From contig CAYYVZ010000001.1 of the NCBI GenBank assembly GCA_964475235.1, positions 1 through 47,029 on the forward strand: a DNA stretch of 47,029 nucleotides. The letters are read 5' to 3'. Positions 37,488 through 45,494 of the stretch are shown here, one piece after another. The position numbers were made by a program, and so were the translations under genes. Origin of the DNA: an uncultured Myxococcales bacterium. GTDB taxonomy: Bacteria; Desulfobacterota; Binatia; UBA1149; CAITLU01. The stretch's first letter is position 1. Each line of letters starts with the position of its first letter. The notes beneath the pieces were generated by a model. That model saw only the letters and a list, made by a program, of their open reading frames with translations, did no database searches and was not told the origin of the DNA.

Positions 37488-39403
37488 GCCTTGGCTCCCG
37501 ACGTCGCGGCCGCAAGAACAGGCTGTGCCGCTGCGCCGCTTGCGGGTTCCGCCACCACCTGGAGCGCGGGCGCAGCCGGCGTTCCTTCCTGGATGCGCCA
37601 CGTGTCGCGATACCAGCCGGGCTGCTGGACGAGGTCGTCGTGGCGTCCGTACTGCACGATGCGGCCCTGGTCGAGGACGATGACGCGGCGTGCCTTGCGC
37701 ACTTCGCTCAGGCGGTGGGCGACGCGCAGCGTGGTCTTTCCTGCACTGATCCGGGCCAGCGTGCGGTTGAGGTGCGCGGCGGAAGTCGCGTCGAGGTGAG
37801 CGGTCGGTTCGTCGAGGATCAGGATGGGCGGGTCGTTCACCATCGCGCGTGCGATCGCGATCTTCTGGCGCTGGCCGCCCGACAGCGTGTCGCCGCGTTC
37901 GCCGACTTTGGTCTCGTAGCCGTCTTCGAGCGCGACGATGAAGTCGTGGGCGTCCGCGAGCCTGGCCGCCGCGACGATTTCCTCGTCCGTGGCGTCGGGC
38001 CGGGCGTAGGCGATGTTCTCGCGGATCGTGGTGGCAAACAGGATCGGCTCCTGCAGGACCACGCCGATCTGCTGGCGCAGCGACTCGAGCGTGAACGACG
38101 TGATCTTCTCTCCGTCGATCGTGATCGTCCCCTCGGCGGGATCGAACAGGCGCGGGAGCATCGCGCAGAGCGTGGACTTGCCGGCGCCGTTCGATCCGAC
38201 GATGGCCAGGGTCTGGCCCGGCTTCACCGTGACGCTCACGCCGTCGAGCACGCGCACGCCGGAATGGTAGCTGAAGCCGACGTCGTGGAAGCTCACCCGT
38301 CCCGCGAAGCGCGGCGCCGGCACGGCGTTCTTCGAGACGCGCACGCATTCGCTCACCTCCAGCAGCGAGAAGACGCGTTCGGCACAGACGCGGGCCTTCG
38401 ACGCGCGGCTGGCGACCGTCGAGATGCGGCGCAGCGGCTTGTACATCGCGGCCAGGTAGGCGGTGAAGACGAGCAGATCGCCGGGGGTGAGGACGCCGGA
38501 CATCACGCGCTCGGTTCCGAACCACAGGACGAGGCCTGTCCCGATGGCGATCATGATCTCGGCCGTGCGCTCGAGCGACGCCTCGAGCTTCACGGTGCGC
38601 AGGCCCTGGCGCAGAGATCGCTTGTTGGCTTCGCCGAAGCGCGCCGCCTCGTCGGCTTCGCGCCCGTGCACCTGCACCACGGCGATGGCACCGAGGGTCT
38701 CGCCGACGTGCGCTGCCATGCGACCTTCGCGGCTTCGCTGCTTGCGCACCGCCGTGCGGAGCTCGGCCGAAAGGCGCAGCGTCGAGAGCGCGAGCAACGG
38801 CAGCACCGACAGGCTGATGATCGTCAGTTGCCAGTCCACCCACGCCATGACGACGACCATCGCGACGATGGTCAGTGCCGAGGTCGCGAAGATCACGAGC
38901 GCCTCGACCATCATCTCTCGCATCATCGTGGTATCGGACGTGGTGCGGAGCACGAGGTCGCCGATCCTCTGGCGGCGGTGGAACGTGAGCGCGAGCCGCT
39001 GCAGATGGAGGAAGAGGCGGCGGCGCAACAGGAAGGATACCTCGTGCCCGGCGGACGCGATGAGGTAGCGCTGAAGGTAGCTGAACAACCCCCACAGAAG
39101 ACCGATCGCGAGCAGCAGCACGCACGCGATGCCCGCGATGCCCGAGGCGCCGTAGCCCTTGAGCATCGAGTACGGGAAGGCCCAGCGGATGCGGTCTTCG
39201 GATCCGAGGGCGTAGTCGAAGACCATCTTGATCGGCCACGGGCGCGCGACGACCATCATGACGGTCCCGACGCTGCACGCGAGGGCCAGCCACAGATCCC
39301 GCTGAACGGCATGGAGGAACGGCGCCATGTCGCCGAAGAGGCGACGAAGCGACTGCCAGCGCAGCGAGCGCAGCAGCGGGTTGAGCGCGACTTCCACCTT
39401 CAT
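37484..39403 (-). CDS. ABC exporter, fused transmembrane and ATPase domains (type I exporter, MsbA-like architecture)
   Basis: Six-TM N-terminal half. Walker A 'GSNGAGKSTL', signature 'LSGGQRQKIAIARA', Walker B 'ILILDEPTAHLD'. No C39 peptidase domain. Confidence 0.85.
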   Translation of the reverse strand: MKVEVALNPLLRSLRWQSLRRLFGDMAPFLHAVQRDLWLALACSVGTVMMVVARPWPIKMVFDYALGSEDRIRWAFPYSMLKGYGASGIAGIACVLLLAIGLLWGLFSYLQRYLIASAGHEVSFLLRRRLFLHLQRLALTFHRRQRIGDLVLRTTSDTTMMREMMVEALVIFATSALTIVAMVVVMAWVDWQLTIISLSVLPLLALSTLRLSAELRTAVRKQRSREGRMAAHVGETLGAIAVVQVHGREADEAARFGEANKRSLRQGLRTVKLEASLERTAEIMIAIGTGLVLWFGTERVMSGVLTPGDLLVFTAYLAAMYKPLRRISTVASRASKARVCAERVFSLLEVSECVRVSKNAVPAPRFAGRVSFHDVGFSYHSGVRVLDGVSVTVKPGQTLAIVGSNGAGKSTLCAMLPRLFDPAEGTITIDGEKITSFTLESLRQQIGVVLQEPILFATTIRENIAYARPDATDEEIVAAARLADAHDFIVALEDGYETKVGERGDTLSGGQRQKIAIARAMVNDPPILILDEPTAHLDATSAAHLNRTLARISAGKTTLRVAHRLSEVRKARRVIVLDQGRIVQYGRHDDLVQQPGWYRDTWRIQEGTPAAPALQVVAEPASGAAAQPVLAAATSGAKA

Positions 39404-39506
39404 GTCGATCGTCGTGCGGCGGCGGCCCCCGCGATCGCGCCGGCGGGAGGCCGCAGATCCGCCCGAAGGCGTGCCTCCCGTTGCGATCGCACCCAGGGCG
39501 CCGGGC

Positions 39507-40022
39507 TCAGTCGCCGTTCTGCTTGCGCCGCGAGAAGAGCTTGAGCGTCGCGATGGTATTGGGCGTCGCGCTGGATTTGTCGACCAGGATGCCGGTGCAA
39601 AGGATGCGCGTGCTCGTTCCGAGGATTCGTGCGGCTCCGTTCTTGACGTTTCCGAGGCCGGTGATGGCCGCGTCCTCGTGCAGGCCCACGCTGGTGCCGG
39701 TCGAGATGGTGACGGTGTGCCCCACCGGTAGCGGCAGCGTACCGTTGCCGGAGCCGACGGCGACGTCGTTGAGCGCGTCGCCGCCTTCGGGCGCGAACAC
39801 TTCGAACGCGACGGTCGCGTCGACCGTGTCGAGCGAGGTGCACATGATCGCCGTCTCGATGCCGTTGTTCTTGATCACGCCCGGAACGTGGAACAGCACG
39901 CGCGTCGATTCGGAGGCCGAGATCGACGGGACGGGGCTGTCACCCGGACCGAGCGCGGATGCGCTGGTGACAAACGTGAGGACCACGGCCGCAACCGTGC
40001 TCGGAATCGCTGCTCTTTTCAT
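39507..40022 (-). CDS. Hypothetical secreted protein (171 aa)
   Basis: ATG at 40022 preceded by GGAGAGAGA. Signal peptide 'MKRAAIPSTVAAVVLTFVTSASA'. Beta-rich and G/T/V-rich mature part. It starts 26 nt downstream of the delta-60 gene. Confidence 0.6.
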   Translation of the reverse strand: MKRAAIPSTVAAVVLTFVTSASALGPGDSPVPSISASESTRVLFHVPGVIKNNGIETAIMCTSLDTVDATVAFEVFAPEGGDALNDVAVGSGNGTLPLPVGHTVTISTGTSVGLHEDAAITGLGNVKNGAARILGTSTRILCTGILVDKSSATPNTIATLKLFSRRKQNGD

Positions 40023-40048
40023 CGTCTCTCTCCTCGGTTGTGGTCCGG

Positions 40049-41755
40049 TCAGCCCGGACAGTTCAGCTCTACTGCCTGGCCGACCGCCTTGCGCAGCACG
40101 CGCAGCGCGTCGCCCGCCTGGATCGCTCCGCTCGAATCGACGTCGCAAAGCGAGTCGGGACACGCGACCGCCTGGCCGACGGCGTTTCGCAGCACGCGCA
40201 GCGCATCGCTCGCCTGGACGCTTCCGTTCAGGTCGGCGTCGCCGCAGCTCGCTTCGGCCTGGCAGGTCGCGTCGCAGCCGTCGCCCGGCGCGGTGCCGCC
40301 GTCGTCGCACTCTTCGACTCCGCTGCGCACGAATCCGTCTCCGCACTTGGAATTGAGGCAGGTGGACGGACACGCATCGGTATCGATCGCGTTTCCGTCG
40401 TCGCACTCTTCCGGACTCTCGACGTTGCCGTTGCCGCACGCGGCGATCTGGCCGGCGAGGTAGCGAACGACCATCTGGTAACTGGCCTGGCCGTCGTCGG
40501 CGAGACCGCCGGCGAGGATTCGTCCGTTGTCCTGGAGCAGAAGCGAAGAGAGCTCCTCGTCGAACGTGCTCGCAGCGCTCGTCACGGCAATGCCGCCGTT
40601 TCCGAAGCTCGAGTCGGGCTGGCCGCCGGTCGTGTAGCGCACGAGCGTGAAGGCGCCGGCCCGCCCGGCATTCGAGACGCCGCCGGCGACGAGCTTTCCG
40701 TCGGCCTGGCGTGCGAGCGCGCGCGCAGCGTCGATCTCCCCGGGCGAGACGTCGGTTCGTGCGATGCCGCCGCTTCCGAAGCTCGCGTCCGGCTGTCCCG
40801 TGCTCGTGTAGCGCACCACCACGAAGTCGCCGTCGGCCTCGCCGGCAACGACGACCTTGCCGTCCGGCTGAACCAGGAGTGCGAACGCCGCGTCGTCGCG
40901 CGCCGAAACCGACGTCGTCACCTTGCCGCCGGAGCCGAAGGATCCGTCGGGCGTGCCCGCGGAGGTCAGCCGGGCGAGCGCGATGTCCGAAGAGCTCTTC
41001 TCCGACGCGCCCGCGAGCACGACAGCCCCGTCGAGGGGCTGGACCGCCACGGCACGGGCGACGTCGTTTCCGCCGAAATCGACGGTGGCGATTCCGTCGC
41101 CGGAGAAGCCGCTGTCGGGCTGGCCGCCGGTGGTGTAGCGCACCACCGCGAAGTCGCTGTCGCTTCCGTCGTCGGCGCGACCGGCGGCGAGGATTTTGCT
41201 GTCCGGCTGCTGCGCGAGCGCGAACGCTTCGTCGTCACCCTGGATGGTGGTGTTCGCGGTTCCGCCCGAGCCGAAGCCGGCGTCGATCGCCCCGGCCGTC
41301 GTCAGGCGAGTGACCGCGAAGCGACTTCCCGCGCGGCCTGCCAGCACGAGCTTGTTGTCGGCGCTCTGTCGGAGCATCGCATGGACGACCTGGAGCGTGT
41401 CGGCGCCGACCTGCACCGACGCGACACCGGCATTGCCGAAGGAAGAGTCTACCGTCCCGCCCGTCGTCAGCCTGGTGAGACGGAGCGTGGCGCGGTCGGC
41501 GGCTGCGTCGTCGATGGTGGCGACGAGGAGCTTGCCGTCCGCCTGAAGCGCCATCGCGACGACTCCTTCGTCCCCGATCGCCGACAGTGCGACACCCTGC
41601 GTGGCATAGGTACCGTCGGGGTCGCCGGGGGCGGCAAGGGCGCGAGCAACGCCGACGACGAGCGTGCAGACCACGGCGGCGACGCGCACCGATCGCGCAC
41701 GCGCGCTTCGGCCGGGCGAAGCCGGGCGACTTCGGGGGGAGTGTTGCCGGGTCAT
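40049..41755 (-). CDS. Secreted delta-60-repeat protein with two Myxococcus-type Cys-rich repeats and a C-terminal double dockerin-like module
   Basis: ATG at 41755 preceded by GGAGGA. About 7 repeats of '(R/Y)-x-T-x-(G/A)G-x-(P/V/I)D-x-(S/G)FG-x-(G/A)G...A-x-A(L/V)-x-(Q/R)-x-DGK(L/V)(L/V)(A/V)(A/G)G', the delta-60 signature. 'CGNGNVESPEECDDGN...C' and 'CGDGFVRSGVEECDDGG...DGCDATC'. Tail 'CGDADLNGSVQASDALRVLRNAVGQ...CDVDSSGAIQAGDALRVLRKAVGQAVELNCPG'. Confidence 0.8.
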   Translation of the reverse strand: MTRQHSPRSRPASPGRSARARSVRVAAVVCTLVVGVARALAAPGDPDGTYATQGVALSAIGDEGVVAMALQADGKLLVATIDDAAADRATLRLTRLTTGGTVDSSFGNAGVASVQVGADTLQVVHAMLRQSADNKLVLAGRAGSRFAVTRLTTAGAIDAGFGSGGTANTTIQGDDEAFALAQQPDSKILAAGRADDGSDSDFAVVRYTTGGQPDSGFSGDGIATVDFGGNDVARAVAVQPLDGAVVLAGASEKSSSDIALARLTSAGTPDGSFGSGGKVTTSVSARDDAAFALLVQPDGKVVVAGEADGDFVVVRYTSTGQPDASFGSGGIARTDVSPGEIDAARALARQADGKLVAGGVSNAGRAGAFTLVRYTTGGQPDSSFGNGGIAVTSAASTFDEELSSLLLQDNGRILAGGLADDGQASYQMVVRYLAGQIAACGNGNVESPEECDDGNAIDTDACPSTCLNSKCGDGFVRSGVEECDDGGTAPGDGCDATCQAEASCGDADLNGSVQASDALRVLRNAVGQAVACPDSLCDVDSSGAIQAGDALRVLRKAVGQAVELNCPG

Positions 41756-41822
41756 GAAAAGCCGTCCTCCGGATGCGCGCGGGAACCTGCCTCGCTCAGT
41801 ATTTCGAAGGGCTGTGGGGGCA

Positions 41823-41838
41823 AGCAATCGCCGTGCCG
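41823..41838 (-). promoter_or_regulatory. Sigma-54 (-24/-12) promoter candidate for the delta-60 gene and the downstream block
   Basis: The minus strand reads CGGCACGGCGATTGCT, compared with the consensus TGGCACG-N4-TTGCW. Only the first T differs, and the GG-N10-GC spacing is exact. It lies about 70-85 nt upstream of the ATG at 41755 and 170 nt downstream of a GAFTGA-containing activator gene. Confidence 0.7.
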
Positions 41839-41969
41839 CTGCAGGTGTCCGGACGGGGACCCGGCGGCTACTCTCCTCATTCGGCAAAACGCCTGCGCGG
41901 CGATCGCCGGGCAGGCCGCTTCGTCCGCGCCGGGCCGGGCCTCGAACTCGGCGGAAGCGCACGACTTTC

Positions 41970-41999
41970 CCGGACCGCGCAGGATCTTGCGCGGTCCGG
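41970..41999 (-). terminator. 12-bp perfect inverted repeat just after the response-regulator stop; terminator and/or activator-binding palindrome
   Basis: CCGGACCGCGCA (41970-41981), spacer GGATCT, then TGCGCGGTCCGG (41988-41999). It lies 5 nt from the stop at 42005 and about 130-160 bp upstream of the sigma-54 -24 element. There is no clear U-tract. Confidence 0.45.
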
Positions 42000-42004
42000 C
42001 CCTT

Positions 42005-43366
42005 TCAGAGGCCGTGTCGCTTGAGCTTGTACCAGAGGTTGCGCTCGCTGATTCCGAGCATTCGCGCCGCCTTCGCCTTGTTCCCTCCGCTGCGCGAGAG
42101 GGCCGTCTCGATCGCCTGGGACTCGGCCCGGGCGACCGCTTCGGCGAGCGACTGCTGCTCGTGCGCGGTAGCGGTGCGGCCGGCCGGGGCCCTTTCCGGA
42201 AGGTCGAGCAGGTGGGCGACCAGGTCGAAGCCCGAACGACCGTCCGACCCGCGAACGGTGAGCCGCTCGCAGACGTTTCGCAGCTCGCGCACGTTGCCCG
42301 GCCACGGATAGGCCTCGAGCAACTCGACGGCGCTGCGTTCGAGCGCGAGCGGCGGCGTTCCCATGCGTGTCGCCGACTCCCCGAGAAAGTGCGCGGCCAG
42401 CAGGGGCACGTCCGTCGCGCGGTCGCGCAGCGGGGGAACCTTCACCTGAAGAACGTTGAGGCGATAGTAGAGGTCCTCGCGGAAGCTGCCGTCGGCGACG
42501 CGCTCCTGCAGGTTGCGGTGGGTGGCCGAGACGATGCGCACGTCGACGCGGATCTGGCGGTTGCTGCCGATCCGCTCGATCACGCCCTCTTCGATGGCGC
42601 GCAGGATCTTCGGCTGGAGCGCGAGAGGCATGTCGCCGATCTCGTCGAGAAACAGCGTGGCGCCCGAGGCGACTTCGAATTTCCCGAGCCGGTTGTCGAG
42701 CGCGCCGGTGAAGGCGCCGCGCACGTGGCCGAACAGCTCGCTCTCGAGAAGGCCGAGCGGGATCGCCGCGCAGTTGACCGGCACGAAGAGCCCGGCGCGG
42801 CGCTCGCTGGCTTCGTGGATCGCGCGGGCCACGAGCTCCTTGCCCGTGCCGGTTTCGCCGACGACGAGCACCGGCGCACGAGACGTGGCAACCTGTCGCA
42901 CCTGCGCGAACAGCTCCTGCATGACGGCGGAGCGGCCCACGAGGTCCGCCAGCGCGTGTTCCTCGTTCTCGCGCAGGTAACGATTCTCGCGTGCCAGCGC
43001 GTCGAGCTCGAAGGCGCGCGTGACGACGATGTCGAGCTCGTCGAGGTCGAAAGGCTTGGTGATGTAGTCGAACGCCCCGCGCCGCATCGCCTCCACGGCC
43101 GAGCCGACGGTTCCGTAGGCCGTCATCACGATCACCGGGATCGGCAGCCCGCGGCGCCGCGTTTCGCCCAGCATCTCGAGCCCGTCGCGGTCCGGCATGC
43201 GCAGGTCGGTCAGCACGAGGTCGATGCCTTCGTCGAGCTTGGGGAGCGCCTCGGCGACGGACGCCGCCGTGAGCACGCGGTTTCCGCGCTGGCCGAGCGA
43301 CGCCTCCAGCAACCGCCGGAACCGCTCTTCGTCGTCCACGACCAGAATGGTTTGCTCACGATTCAC
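42005..43366 (-). CDS. Sigma-54-dependent response regulator (NtrC family: REC, AAA+, Fis-type HTH)
   Basis: REC 'ILVVDDEE..DLVLTDLRMPDRDG..VIVMTAYG'. AAA+ Walker A 'GETGTGKE', sigma-54 contact loop 'GAFTGA', 'LFLDEIGDM'. HTH 'GNKAKAARMLGISERNLWYKLKRHGL'. GTG at 43366 preceded by GGAGGA. Confidence 0.9.
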   Translation of the reverse strand: MNREQTILVVDDEERFRRLLEASLGQRGNRVLTAASVAEALPKLDEGIDLVLTDLRMPDRDGLEMLGETRRRGLPIPVIVMTAYGTVGSAVEAMRRGAFDYITKPFDLDELDIVVTRAFELDALARENRYLRENEEHALADLVGRSAVMQELFAQVRQVATSRAPVLVVGETGTGKELVARAIHEASERRAGLFVPVNCAAIPLGLLESELFGHVRGAFTGALDNRLGKFEVASGATLFLDEIGDMPLALQPKILRAIEEGVIERIGSNRQIRVDVRIVSATHRNLQERVADGSFREDLYYRLNVLQVKVPPLRDRATDVPLLAAHFLGESATRMGTPPLALERSAVELLEAYPWPGNVRELRNVCERLTVRGSDGRSGFDLVAHLLDLPERAPAGRTATAHEQQSLAEAVARAESQAIETALSRSGGNKAKAARMLGISERNLWYKLKRHGL

Positions 43367-45221
43367 TTGCTTCCTCCGCTCCGGCCGCGACGGGCAGGGT
43401 GACGACGAGCTTGGCTCCTCCGCCCTGGCGGTTGCGTGCGAGAACCTCGCCGCCGTGAGCACGAACGATGCGGCGCACGATCGCGAGGCCGAGTCCGATA
43501 CCACCGTCGCGCTCGCTCGTGAACGGCTCGAAGAGGCGCGCGAGCACGGCCGCCGGGATCCCGGCGCCGCGGTCGCGCACGACGAGGGCGGCGAGCGGGC
43601 CTCGCGCCTCGATCGTGAGGCTGACCTCGCCGCCGCGCGGGCTGGCCTGCAGCGCGTTCATCAGCAGGTTGAGGCAGACCTGGTGGATCTGGTCGGCGTC
43701 GCAGGGCACGACGACCTTCCCGTCCGGTTCGCGGACCGTGACGGTGACGCCGCGATTGCCCGCTTCCGTCGACAGCAGGCTCGCCGCGCGTCGCGCCACC
43801 GCGGCCAGGTCCACGGCCGTCTTCATCGGCGGAACCGGCTTTACGAACTCGAGCAGCTCGGTCACGACCTTGGCGAGGCGGTCGGATTCCTCGCGGATGA
43901 AGACGGCCCATTCGCCCGCCTCGCGGTCGCCCGTGCTGTCCATGCGGCGCTCGAGCAGCTGCGCCGAGCTGCGGATGATGCCGAGCGGCGTGCGGAACTC
44001 GTGCGCCATGCCGGCGGCCATCTCGCCGAGAAACGCGAGCTTGGAGGTCCTCACCATCTCTTCGTTCGCGGTCGCCACGGCGGTCACCATCTGCTGGAAC
44101 GCGCGCGCGAGCTCGCCGACTTCGTCGTCGGAGCGCGGAGACGGCACGTCCTCCAGATCTCCGCTGCGCGCGATGCGCGCCGCTACCAGCGTCAGGTCCT
44201 TGATCGGCCGCGAGAGCCGGCTCGCGAGCCACGCTGCCGCGAGCAGGCCGAACGCGACGAGTCCCATCCCCGTCACGAGCACGCGATCTCGCGCGGCCGT
44301 GACCGGGGCCAGCGCGAGATCCTTGGGAACGCTCGCGACGAGGTGCCAGCCCGGCGTCGGCAGCATTCCGCGGCTGCCGATCGGGACCTCGGCCAGGATG
44401 AAGGAGCGACCGCCTTCATCGCTACCTTCGCGCAACAGCGGCGGTGCACCGGGGGGAAACTGGTTGGGACTGTCGCCCCGCTCGATTCGCCAGTCGGCGA
44501 TGTGCCGGATGTCGAGCGGCGTATCGCGGCCCGCGAGCAGCCGGTCTTCGCCGTCGAGCAGGCGCAGCTCGACGTGGCTGTGACCCGGCTTGGAGACGAC
44601 GATTCGATCGAGCACCTCGCGGTCGAGCATCGCCACGAGAGTGCCGATCGCGGGGCCCTGGCCGGTGGGATCAGGGATCGGGGAGGCCAGCCTCACGAAG
44701 TGGGCCCGGTACTGCTCCGACCATTCGAGGGTCGGCTCGGGATCGGAATACCCGTCCGACGGGGAAGCGACGGGCGTGTCGGCGAGGTCCCGGCCGAGGT
44801 CGCGAGCGTCGCTCGAGGCCACGCACACTCCCTCGCGGTCGAGCGCGACGACGGCGAGGTAGACGCCGTAGTCGCGATGAACCGCCGCGAGGAAGCGTCC
44901 GATCGACTGGCCGGCGTCGCGCGTCGCGACGTCGCCCATGATCGCGAGCCGCGCCCACGTGCGCACGTTGAGGTAGTGCGCGGTCAGCATTTCCTCCAGC
45001 CCGCCCTTCACGTTGATGGCGTCGTCGGCGAGCTGCTCGCGAATCGACGGAAGCAGCGCGTCGCGCGCGGTCGCGAAGGCGACGTAGCCATAGATCAGCG
45101 TGTAGGCGACGAGCAGGACGGCCGACCCGACCAGGAGCTTCGCACGGATCGGCATTGCCGGCCCGCTCGGCGCGGGATTCTGTCGCTTCGACGTTGCGTC
45201 GCTGAGGGAATTCTTCGCCAT
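43356..45221 (-). CDS. Sensor histidine kinase (TM, roughly 270-aa extracytoplasmic domain, TM, HAMP, HisKA, HATPase)
   Basis: TM1 'AKLLVGSAVLLVAYTLIYGYVAFA', TM2 'VLVTGMGLVAFGLLAAAWLA', HAMP 'RPIKDLTLVAARIARSGDL', H-box 'MAHEFRTPLGII', N/G boxes 'LLMNALQAS', 'DRGAGIP', 'GIGLGLAI'. The start may be ATG 45155. Confidence 0.85.
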   Translation of the reverse strand: MAKNSLSDATSKRQNPAPSGPAMPIRAKLLVGSAVLLVAYTLIYGYVAFATARDALLPSIREQLADDAINVKGGLEEMLTAHYLNVRTWARLAIMGDVATRDAGQSIGRFLAAVHRDYGVYLAVVALDREGVCVASSDARDLGRDLADTPVASPSDGYSDPEPTLEWSEQYRAHFVRLASPIPDPTGQGPAIGTLVAMLDREVLDRIVVSKPGHSHVELRLLDGEDRLLAGRDTPLDIRHIADWRIERGDSPNQFPPGAPPLLREGSDEGGRSFILAEVPIGSRGMLPTPGWHLVASVPKDLALAPVTAARDRVLVTGMGLVAFGLLAAAWLASRLSRPIKDLTLVAARIARSGDLEDVPSPRSDDEVGELARAFQQMVTAVATANEEMVRTSKLAFLGEMAAGMAHEFRTPLGIIRSSAQLLERRMDSTGDREAGEWAVFIREESDRLAKVVTELLEFVKPVPPMKTAVDLAAVARRAASLLSTEAGNRGVTVTVREPDGKVVVPCDADQIHQVCLNLLMNALQASPRGGEVSLTIEARGPLAALVVRDRGAGIPAAVLARLFEPFTSERDGGIGLGLAIVRRIVRAHGGEVLARNRQGGGAKLVVTLPVAAGAEEASES

Positions 45222-45494
45222 CGTCGCGTCGCTGCTCCGACTCTAGCCCTGTCGGTGTCCTGTGCCGAGTGGTCCACGTGCCCGCCGTCCGCGTGCAGTC
45301 CTGCCCGGCGCGACGCCGTCCGCTCGTTCGGTCCGACGAGAGAGCGGCGTCACGCTCGCGACCGTCCGCGCCCGCGCGGGCTGCCGGAGCCGCTGGCAAC
45401 ACGTAGGCCGACCTGAAATGTAGTGGCGCGAACGTTCCGGCGGCGAGCCGCAGGACACAACCGCAGCCCGCCGGCGTTCGAGGAGAGGTTACGA

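Noticed and set aside
37484-39403. Naming the ABC exporter msbA and the whole operon an LPS-core (waa) locus.
   Set aside because: The architecture is MsbA-like, but this fold is shared by many exporters. No waaA/waaC/waaF or lpx genes are nearby. Without a homology search, the specific name is not supported.
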